DNA from: Candidatus Bathyarchaeota archaeon
Lineage (GTDB): Archaea; Thermoproteota; Bathyarchaeia; 40CM-2-53-6
Direction: 5' to 3'
Assembly: GCA_963733055.1 (NCBI GenBank)
Contig: CAVTBR010000003.1
Location: forward strand, 384,001-448,000
Length of the DNA stretch: 64,000 nt
In this document: piece after piece, positions 49,003 to 57,266 of the stretch
How positions within the stretch are numbered: the first letter of the stretch is position 1
Layout: each line of letters begins with the position of its first letter
Notes under the pieces: generated by a model
The model's database searches: none
Told to the model about the DNA's origin: nothing
What the model saw: only the letters and a program-made list of their open reading frames with translations
Translations under genes and position numbers: made by a program

Positions 49003-51061
49003 CCCGTGTTTTGCGGCTTCGAGCTCGTCTTCTCGCTGGAAGCCTTCCCCTTTTGAGAGACGCATTGTATCCTACGGCAGCTACCGCGATTATGGCAACT
49101 ACGTACACTATGATTTGTAGCAGAAATAGAGGTGGAAGGACGGTTAGGGTTTGCTCGTCGAATTGAATCACCGCGCCTGAAGGAACTTGCGCGTACAGCT
49201 GCGTTGTAACTCGGTGTTCTCCAACCGGAAGCGATTGATTGTTGAGATTCAAGTTAGCTCCGTAGATTCCGAATCCGAGGTTTGATCCTTGAATCGTCGC
49301 CTCAGACGCTCCGGTCACGTCATGAATTTGCACGGTGAACGTTGCGTTATCTAGCGATCCGCCGTCGTAGGTTAGTGCTTGAGAGCGAAGCTGAACTTGG
49401 CTTCCGCCAATACGCGATCCGAAAGCTTCCTGCCCTTGAAGAGCGTAAAAGACTCCACCACCAGGTTGAGCATCCAGTAACTCAACCCCTGATCCCTGCG
49501 TGAATTTTGCCAACGTAAACGCACCCGATGCTTCCAGGGCCCCGGTCAACATTAGCGCGAGAGGGCCGTTGGTTGTTGGCAAGAGGTCTGCGGGTAAAGC
49601 AAATCCATTCGCGATACCCTCCATCGCAAAGCGGTCGGAGCGAAGCAAGGATATCCTGATTGTTCGGGTGTCCACCTCGCTAACACTTTTGATCTCATTC
49701 AGAGCCGAGTAGAGTGGCGTAGATGGAACCATATTCTTGATCAGCCAGTTGAGAGTGGCAGCCAAATCATGGGCCGTTATTGGGGTTCCGTCTTGAAACT
49801 TCATTCCGTCGCGGAGAACAATCGTAAGGTTTGTGGAGTTGTCGCTCATTTGCCACTGTGCCGCTAACCCGGGTTGAGTCGAACCATCGGAACTATGCGT
49901 TAGCAACGGTTCGGTTATGAGTCTCAGTGTCAACGAGTCTGCGGGTGCGAGAACAGTTGCGGGGTTCAAATCACTCAACCCGGACACTTCACCAATCGTG
50001 ACGGGACCTGATCCAGTCATGTTCGTGAGTGTCGCCGCGATGGTGCCTGGTACGCTTCCCGTGATTGGAGATAGCTGGGGGAAACTCGCCTGAGTCACGA
50101 TGAGCAGACGCTTGGAGTAGACGGGAATTGCTGGAACGTCTAGGTTGAGTTGTTCCTGGCATGTTAACGCGGCCGCTTTGGCGGAAACAGAATCGGATGC
50201 CGTCATTAGCCGGTTCGCGCATTCATCAAAAGTTGAGTTGCGGTATCCAACCAGATTCGTCGAATATGGTACCGGAGATACATCGTTTACTCCCGCGAAA
50301 AGGTCATACAGCCAGGTGGGTGCCGGTCCCGCGATTTGGGTTTCGATGAAGAGATCAAAATAATAGTTGACTTTTATTCCCGAGAAATCGAAGTTACTCT
50401 CAGGGAAACTGACTATCGGGAGACCGATGGCTTGCATGTCCTCAGCGAATAGGTTAGCAGCCGCGACTGCTTGCGGGTCGCTCAACCTACTATAGATGAA
50501 CATGGTGCGGAGTTCCTGTCCGGTGGACGGGTCTTCGCGCATACCGCCCGATGATCGAACGAATCCTATACTGTCGAGAAGCTGGGATGCGATCGTGGGG
50601 CTGTAAGGGTATGAATCTGTAGCCTCATTCCTCCATCCCAATGTTGCATATGCGGACGAGAAGAGGCTGGGGTTCAAAGTCTCTCCATATCCAGCCAGCA
50701 CCTGGTTTACCACGCGCTGGCGGTCGAACCCGTAGAGCATGGCGCGACGGAAGACTGAGTTGTTAAGAGGCGGATTTCGAAGGTTAAGGCCAATGTAAGT
50801 GAAACCGAAGTTTCCGATCGGAACCACATTTAGGTTCGAGCTATCCTTTAGCTGCAGCAATGTTGCCGGAGCGATGTTGTCGATAGGGGCCATGTCGACT
50901 TGGCCGTTTGTGAGGGCTTGGACTAGCGCCGTGGTTGAGGGGTAGGATTCGATCATCACACTTCTCGTCGGGGAGCGGGACGGAAGGTAAACTACAGCTT
51001 CGCCAACTAGAATTACAATTATGACTAATGCAATGAAGAGAAGTTGAGTTTTCTGTCTCAC
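48977..51061 (-). CDS. ABC peptide/nickel substrate-binding protein (family 5), permuted domain order
   Basis: ALTNGQVD, GLNLRNPPLNNSVFRRAM come before LNP..PGLAAQW..LRDGMKFQDGTPITAHD; N- and C-terminal TMs. Confidence 0.85.
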   Translation of the reverse strand: MRQKTQLLFIALVIIVILVGEAVVYLPSRSPTRSVMIESYPSTTALVQALTNGQVDMAPIDNIAPATLLQLKDSSNLNVVPIGNFGFTYIGLNLRNPPLNNSVFRRAMLYGFDRQRVVNQVLAGYGETLNPSLFSSAYATLGWRNEATDSYPYSPTIASQLLDSIGFVRSSGGMREDPSTGQELRTMFIYSRLSDPQAVAAANLFAEDMQAIGLPIVSFPESNFDFSGIKVNYYFDLFIETQIAGPAPTWLYDLFAGVNDVSPVPYSTNLVGYRNSTFDECANRLMTASDSVSAKAAALTCQEQLNLDVPAIPVYSKRLLIVTQASFPQLSPITGSVPGTIAATLTNMTGSGPVTIGEVSGLSDLNPATVLAPADSLTLRLITEPLLTHSSDGSTQPGLAAQWQMSDNSTNLTIVLRDGMKFQDGTPITAHDLAATLNWLIKNMVPSTPLYSALNEIKSVSEVDTRTIRISLLRSDRFAMEGIANGFALPADLLPTTNGPLALMLTGALEASGAFTLAKFTQGSGVELLDAQPGGGVFYALQGQEAFGSRIGGSQVQLRSQALTYDGGSLDNATFTVQIHDVTGASEATIQGSNLGFGIYGANLNLNNQSLPVGEHRVTTQLYAQVPSGAVIQFDEQTLTVLPPLFLLQIIVYVVAIIAVAAVGYNASLKRGRLPARRRARSRKTRARKSRTRR

Positions 51062-51063
51062 GG

Positions 51064-54000
51064 TTAAGCCATCTCAACGTTCAAGGTGTAATTTTCAGGA
51101 TAATTCGAAAAGGTGCCCCCGAAGAGCACGTTATGAAGGACGAGGAGGTAGACCCCTGGCTGCAAGTTTGACGCAGTTATGTCCTGTGTCGTGTCCGAGC
51201 CGGTATTCGTGTGGAAGTTGAATTTTCCGGTTCCAACGAATGAGCTGGTCGGGTATTCTGATGAGGCAACTAAGAAACCGGTGGGACCGGTAAGATGGGC
51301 CTGTATTTCGGTTTGTGTGTCAGACCATGAGACCTTTACGTTGATGCTGCTCGTGCCGGGTGGAACGATGACGGCGAAGGTACGCCAGTCCCCAGCTTCG
51401 TATCGCCACGACCAGTCGAACGCTCCGTAAACTGCAAAGTTGGTATAGGGAGTTTTCTCGGCAGATGCGGATCCATAGGATCCTGATACCACGATTGGTA
51501 CGACGACTGAGACCGGGACAACCGTTTCCACTCCCTTATCGGTTACCGAGATGAACCCGCCGTAGACGCCGGGGGCGGTGCCCTGCGGCACTGTTAGGGT
51601 TGTGTTTAGTGAGTTTGGTGAAGTTGAAAGTTGGTTAACCCAGCTCCAAGGGGACTTTTGATAGTAACGGAATACTAGTTCGAAACCAATTTCTTTAGCT
51701 GGGCCCTGTTTCACGATTCTCACAGCGGGCGTTCCGAGAAACTTCGTTAATGGCCTTCCGACAATTAGTTCTGAGGTTGTACTGTATGGGGCGCCGTTCG
51801 TGATTCTGCTAATGTGTCCCGCGGGGTCAAAGTTCGTGTCGTAGATCTGGGCTAGAAGAAGATTATTGTAACTCCAACTAGTCGCGTTTACGAAATCTGA
51901 AAAGTGGTACACGAGCGTGACTTTCATGAGATCCGCGTTGGTTGGAATCGAGGATTTCGGGATCTGGACCCATGTTACCGTGGAATTCGCTGTGTACCGT
52001 GATGAAGTTGTAGAAACGAGCGTGTAGGTGTATGCTTGTGCGGATGGCTGCACCGCGTTCTGAATGTCGAAAGTAGCGCTGGCGGAAGCACCGGGTTGGA
52101 CGATTCCGGCGTACCAGTTTGTTGACACACTGCTCGTCGTCGGAATTGGGGTTTGCAGGTTCACGGCCCACGACTTCGCGAGCAGAGCTTTGGCGGAATC
52201 CCACGTGGCAGTTGAGTATAGATAGAACCTGGTCGGTAGGCGGTTATCATGTCCTTCTGAGGCTACGGCGACAGCCTCCCAAACGTTCACTCTCCCAGAC
52301 CCTTGCGTGAACTGATCATACGAGAGATCCGTGGCACTACTAGCTAAGATGGCCTTTACGAGGTCGGGGGCGGGCGTCAGGCCTCCGTGCGTGTTTCGGT
52401 ATTCTTCTATAACCAAGGCCACCGCTCCGGCGGTTACAGGTGTGGCCATGCTTGTTCCGCCGAAGATTGTGTAAGCACTGGTGCCGTTACCGTAGCCCGT
52501 GAAGGTTGTTTGATCTGTGAATCCGAAGGCGCCCACGTTAACTACGTCGGGTTTCGGCTCACCGGTTGAAGTTGGACCCCGAGCGCTCCACGGAATGACC
52601 TCGTCATAGCTGCCTTGAATTTCATGCGCTATATGGGTGCCAGGCTGAGTTCGGTAGGCGTAACTCGTTGACGCACCTACCGTTATCGGGAGTGTTGCGG
52701 CTCCGGGCGCCGCGGTTGTACCGTACCCGAATCCACCGTTTCCACCCGCGATAAGCATCACAACACCGGGGTAGGCTGGGTCAAGGTAGTGAGGGATCGT
52801 TAAAGCGTCGGCGAGCTGGCTTTCGAGGTCCGCGCCAAAGGTTGAGCCCAGGTCCGCAATCGGATTTGAATCTCCCCAACTATTGCTGATGATGTCGGCT
52901 CTATGATTTCCTGTGTACTTGAAGCTGAAATCGGTGGGGTTCCAGTCGAACCCTGCCGCGTAGTACCACGCGAAAGTTGTGTCGCCCAGCCAGAGCGCTT
53001 TTACCCCCATGATCTTCGCTGCGGGAGCAACACCCGGCAAAGTAAGCAGGGTGCCGTTTTGATAGATATCACGTTTCAGCACCCCCCGTGATGCGGCGTT
53101 GGATGCCGTGCTGGTTCCGTGGCTCTCGAAATCGAAGTATACGTTGACGAAATTTCCGTTGGAGTCAATTGGTGGGAGTAGGGCGAAATTCTTGCCGCTG
53201 TACCCGCCGAGATCGATTCCATTAGCGAGTATGCCTGCGCTGAAGACGGGGACGCCGGTATTGTTTGGATCAAAGAATATGAGGTCGTTTCCGGGTGTTG
53301 CGTTGTGTGGTTGTTCGTCGGCGAAACCGTGATCGTTCCAGGCGAGTTGAGGGGATGGCCATGTGAGGTTGAGATTGAGGGTTTGTGCGGCATTTGCATT
53401 CAGGCTGTCTCGATACCCGAGTAGGAAGTTGTAGTAGGCTGTGGACATATCAGCGACTACTGTATCATATACGCCCGCTTGATGAGCGTCGATAACAACT
53501 ATCGGGATCCCTACGTCCACTGTCGAACCCGAGATTACATCTGAAATTTCTTCTTGAAGAATGCCGAAATGGTAGTTTCCTGATTTCGAGAGTACGTTGG
53601 GAGCCACGTAGTTGTAGTGCAGCTTGACTTTCTGAATTTGTGGCTGACCGGGGCTGGTGCTTACGTAGCTTGCGGCGTTCCAAACGCTGACCGTCTTCCC
53701 GCCGGTGGCGAGTACGTCGCCGAACCGTGTTACCGTGAGGTTTGTAATTGCGAAACTTTGCCCGTCAGCATCAAACGAGATCGCTTGGCCTTGGTCGTTT
53801 CTCGCGACGGCGTTCTGAAGGTCGGGTATGGCGAAATCGGTACCCGTGTCTACTATGGCGATTGTAACCCCTTTTCCTGAAATCCCAAGCTGGTTCACTC
53901 GGTCGGCGCCGATGATCTGTCTGACCTTGAACATGTCGGTCGCCAAATGCTGACTGTAGACCTCAGGGTCAGGCTTCATTTGTTCGAAGCCCAGCTTCAC

Positions 54001-54345
54001 GTCTGGAAAAATGTATGAGACGGCCGGCGAGGAAGCGAGAGGCAAGAGCGAACTTATGCTCGCAGTTCCATACACGGCGATCGGTGAATGGGAAGACCCA
54101 ACTGAGAATTTCGTCGACATGTAACCTGCGACATCGCTTGTGCCGTACCCGGGATTTAGTCGCACGAAGACAAAGACCGAACTTCCTTGAACTCGCAGAC
54201 CTGACTGCTGGACGCCTTGGAGTTGCTGTATTAGAGTCGGGTCGAGTTTACCGAGCGCCCTATCGGCACCGACCAGCTGAAGAGGCACAATCAACCCGAT
54301 GAGGAATATGGCAACCAGTAGCACTGCCATTGCTTTCGCGTGCAT
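51064..54345 (-). CDS. Secreted S8 subtilisin-like protease (large catalytic-domain insert)
   Basis: IVDTG, HGT, AGGN, GGTSMATP; signal peptide. Confidence 0.93.
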   Translation of the reverse strand: MHAKAMAVLLVAIFLIGLIVPLQLVGADRALGKLDPTLIQQLQGVQQSGLRVQGSSVFVFVRLNPGYGTSDVAGYMSTKFSVGSSHSPIAVYGTASISSLLPLASSPAVSYIFPDVKLGFEQMKPDPEVYSQHLATDMFKVRQIIGADRVNQLGISGKGVTIAIVDTGTDFAIPDLQNAVARNDQGQAISFDADGQSFAITNLTVTRFGDVLATGGKTVSVWNAASYVSTSPGQPQIQKVKLHYNYVAPNVLSKSGNYHFGILQEEISDVISGSTVDVGIPIVVIDAHQAGVYDTVVADMSTAYYNFLLGYRDSLNANAAQTLNLNLTWPSPQLAWNDHGFADEQPHNATPGNDLIFFDPNNTGVPVFSAGILANGIDLGGYSGKNFALLPPIDSNGNFVNVYFDFESHGTSTASNAASRGVLKRDIYQNGTLLTLPGVAPAAKIMGVKALWLGDTTFAWYYAAGFDWNPTDFSFKYTGNHRADIISNSWGDSNPIADLGSTFGADLESQLADALTIPHYLDPAYPGVVMLIAGGNGGFGYGTTAAPGAATLPITVGASTSYAYRTQPGTHIAHEIQGSYDEVIPWSARGPTSTGEPKPDVVNVGAFGFTDQTTFTGYGNGTSAYTIFGGTSMATPVTAGAVALVIEEYRNTHGGLTPAPDLVKAILASSATDLSYDQFTQGSGRVNVWEAVAVASEGHDNRLPTRFYLYSTATWDSAKALLAKSWAVNLQTPIPTTSSVSTNWYAGIVQPGASASATFDIQNAVQPSAQAYTYTLVSTTSSRYTANSTVTWVQIPKSSIPTNADLMKVTLVYHFSDFVNATSWSYNNLLLAQIYDTNFDPAGHISRITNGAPYSTTSELIVGRPLTKFLGTPAVRIVKQGPAKEIGFELVFRYYQKSPWSWVNQLSTSPNSLNTTLTVPQGTAPGVYGGFISVTDKGVETVVPVSVVVPIVVSGSYGSASAEKTPYTNFAVYGAFDWSWRYEAGDWRTFAVIVPPGTSSINVKVSWSDTQTEIQAHLTGPTGFLVASSEYPTSSFVGTGKFNFHTNTGSDTTQDITASNLQPGVYLLVLHNVLFGGTFSNYPENYTLNVEMA

Positions 54346-54418
54346 GCTGATCAGATTTAGGCGAGACGAATCAAACCCTAATTTTACTCTATTGGTGCTT
54401 CTTCCACAGAGGCTGAGG

Positions 54419-55411
54419 CTAATCGCACGAGTTGTCAGAGCGTTGAATTAAAGCGGGAGCGACAACGGTGAAAATCATTACAACGGCAAGAAAGACTGGT
54501 TCAATGGAAGGGAATTCCGGGACTGGGAGCGAGGTTTGGCTTTGAGAAGCGAGCGTTGGTTCCTGCATCCATAACCAAGTCTTTGCGGGCGTTGAGCGTG
54601 TAACGTTGCTTCCTGCATCCGCCTGATACGCTCCGCCTCCGAGGTATTGCACGTTCGAATCCTGGCAGGTTGTGTTGCCGTATGTGAGCTCAGCCTTAAC
54701 CGGCGCGTGGTTACCTGCGTCGTTCAGGGCGTACGGGTATGAGAAAATTGCGCTTGAAGGTGGCGTGTCACAGGACGCTGCAGTCGCGTATTCGTCCCAC
54801 GTTGACGAGAATGTGCCTAACTGCCCATACGTTGGGGATACGAGAATGTTTCCGATAATTGAAGTAGAGTTTGCTGAATAATCGTATATGCTCCCTTGCC
54901 ATTGTTCGCTCCCGTTTACGTCGGAAATTCTTGAAACTTGGAGTCGGTAATCGTATCCAATATTCCAGTTGTAGAAGATGAAACACGCCGAACCGGTGCC
55001 GGTCGTGAGGAATCCTATGACGTTGTCGCATACGCCACTTGAGTTGTTTGGGTTTCCCTGCACGGCATCAAATATGCCGAAGCTGGTAATCCTAGAATTA
55101 CCTCCCACGCCCACAGTTATGTAACCCGTCTCGTTATTCGCAAATTGGAATTGTTCTCCCCAATATATTGCCGCGTTCGATAAGGGTGATTTCAGAACTT
55201 TCACGTCCAAGCTCATCGAGTAACTGCCGGCTATAGGCCATTGCAGCACAACGTCGGTGTCCGGGGCTTTTGTATTGAAGTGGCCATATGCCGGGTGCGA
55301 TATTTGACTGACCAAGCTAGCTAGAAGCAACAAGACGGCGCAGCAGAGTATGAAACGTCTACTGAACGAATCTCTCGATCTACGCTTAACGTCCCTTGGA
55401 TTGGCCGACAC
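54419..55411 (-). CDS. Secreted DUF3472-like beta protein with VPEF sorting signal
   Basis: IYWGEQF..GY, FGIFDA, W..G..YRL; C-terminal PVPEFP plus TM. Confidence 0.7.
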   Translation of the reverse strand: MSANPRDVKRRSRDSFSRRFILCCAVLLLLASLVSQISHPAYGHFNTKAPDTDVVLQWPIAGSYSMSLDVKVLKSPLSNAAIYWGEQFQFANNETGYITVGVGGNSRITSFGIFDAVQGNPNNSSGVCDNVIGFLTTGTGSACFIFYNWNIGYDYRLQVSRISDVNGSEQWQGSIYDYSANSTSIIGNILVSPTYGQLGTFSSTWDEYATAASCDTPPSSAIFSYPYALNDAGNHAPVKAELTYGNTTCQDSNVQYLGGGAYQADAGSNVTRSTPAKTWLWMQEPTLASQSQTSLPVPEFPSIEPVFLAVVMIFTVVAPALIQRSDNSCD

Positions 55412-55584
55412 CTACATCCTCTTCGCCACCCGAACCTTCCCCGCTTATTTCTGGGGTTTTGACGCAATGCGTGCTAAATCAGGACCACGCGGGCAGCTGT
55501 TTTAGACACCCGCTATGAATCGCACAGATAACCAGGCCAGAAGACCAATTTTCTAGCGGGACAATGCAAACGGTTCCGCCATTA

Positions 55585-56394
55585 CTAGAAGATAGAAGTA
55601 TAGGAATGGAATAGACCCGCTAGATACATCAAGTAGAAACCCAGGAGGAAAAAGGCAAGGTAAAGCACAGCACGGTCGCCGCGCGTGAGATTGGGTATCA
55701 GTTTGTATTCGATATAGATGACCGCCGCCGCCCCTGCCGCGAAGAAGACCGTCGAGTCGACCGGTACCATAAGCGCGACCGCCAAACCGATCAGGGTCGG
55801 TATCCCCGCTATGAGACCCAGGACAAAGTTGCGCCCTAAGCGTATCTTCACGGCGGCCGCGAAGACCCCTATGACGAATCCCTCTAGGAGTTTGTGCAGA
55901 AGATATGCGACACCAGATCCGAGCCCGCCAATTGCAGTAATCAAATTCGACGATGCCCCGGCTACCGCGTAAGAGTAGGCTATCAGAGAACCAATTTCCA
56001 CACCTTCACCCAAGGAATGAAGTCCGATGCCCAACGCGACTAGAAGAGCCGTACCATAAGAGAGCATAACCTCCCGCCCCCTCCGACTACCGGTAGTCGT
56101 CGAAACTCGATCCAACCAAAACAGCGCCAGCAAAGCTGCAGCAAACATTGCCGCGATGAATACGTGGACTAAACCTCCACCGAATCCTTGATTGACACCT
56201 AGCAAGGCCACGTCGTTCATCAGATCAAGAAAAGACCAACACATAATTCCTGAAGCGACCGCCATCAGAACAGTCAATCGCGAGGCAGATTTTTCAGCAA
56301 TCAGGAGCGGAGTGAAGATCCCCAAGTAAAGGCAGATGATGGTGGCCAGTACAGCTTCGGCGGAGTTAATCAGTTCACCAGGCACAAGAGCCAC
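55585..56394 (-). CDS. ZIP-family metal transporter
   Basis: IGLHSLGEG and LHKLLEGF signature helices. Confidence 0.85.
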   Translation of the reverse strand: MALVPGELINSAEAVLATIICLYLGIFTPLLIAEKSASRLTVLMAVASGIMCWSFLDLMNDVALLGVNQGFGGGLVHVFIAAMFAAALLALFWLDRVSTTTGSRRGREVMLSYGTALLVALGIGLHSLGEGVEIGSLIAYSYAVAGASSNLITAIGGLGSGVAYLLHKLLEGFVIGVFAAAVKIRLGRNFVLGLIAGIPTLIGLAVALMVPVDSTVFFAAGAAAVIYIEYKLIPNLTRGDRAVLYLAFFLLGFYLMYLAGLFHSYTSIF

Positions 56395-56512
56395 TTCACA
56401 ACTGTTAGACTTGGATTGATCATCTTTCTATTCTTGTAGGCTTCTAGTTTTGTACCAAATGGCTTAACTAAGCTTAACCCTTACTCGCGATTCCTTCTCG
56501 CTTAGTATTAGG

Positions 56513-57235
56513 GTGGTTTTGATGAAAGTTAAGTTCGGCATACCAGTGATCATAATGTTTGTCTGTATAATATTACTCGCCTCTGCGCCGTCCGCTTGGG
56601 CACACACTCATCGAGTTCTAACAATTAACGGACAGCAGGTTGAATTCGTGGTTGGGTGGTTCAATGAACCCGCTTATGCAGGTGAAATAAACGCCGTTGA
56701 TTTTTGGGCTCATTACATTAACGCAACTTGTCCACAGGGAACTGTCAGCACTTCCTGCCCAGTCTACGGACTCGACCAAAGCCTACGCGTAACAGTTGTC
56801 TTAGGAGGGCAGACACAGACCCTGAGTTTCTCGCCTAACCTTTCGAACGATGTTCCGCCATTGTTCTATGGTGAATACACGGCCGAAGTTGAACCCACGG
56901 TGCCTGGAACCGTCTCGTTCATAATATTCGGAAACATTAGTGGAACGACGGTGAACGAAACTTTCACATGTGGACCAACAACCTACGAATGCATAGACCC
57001 AGCGTCCGAAATCCAATTCCCTCAACAGAATGGGTCAAGTACCGATCTTCAGACGGCCTTGACCAACGCCCAATCGCAAATCTCAACCCTTCAGTCTCAA
57101 GTCACGCAGATGCAGGGCAGCATTCAAACAGCCTATACCGTTGGTGTTGTTGGAGTTGCGATCGGAGTAATTGGAGTCGTCGCAGGCGTAGTTGCGATGA
57201 ACCGAGGCCGCAAACGCCCACCAAGCAGGAAATAG
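56513..57235 (+). CDS. Membrane-anchored secreted protein, predicted mature N-terminal His
   Basis: Signal ...AWA/HTH, VGWFNEP, coiled stalk, C-terminal TM; directly upstream of the CopC/CopD gene. Confidence 0.75.
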   Translation: MVLMKVKFGIPVIIMFVCIILLASAPSAWAHTHRVLTINGQQVEFVVGWFNEPAYAGEINAVDFWAHYINATCPQGTVSTSCPVYGLDQSLRVTVVLGGQTQTLSFSPNLSNDVPPLFYGEYTAEVEPTVPGTVSFIIFGNISGTTVNETFTCGPTTYECIDPASEIQFPQQNGSSTDLQTALTNAQSQISTLQSQVTQMQGSIQTAYTVGVVGVAIGVIGVVAGVVAMNRGRKRPPSRK

Positions 57236-57266
57236 AACAAACAGAAACTGAAATGCCGCGAGTGCT

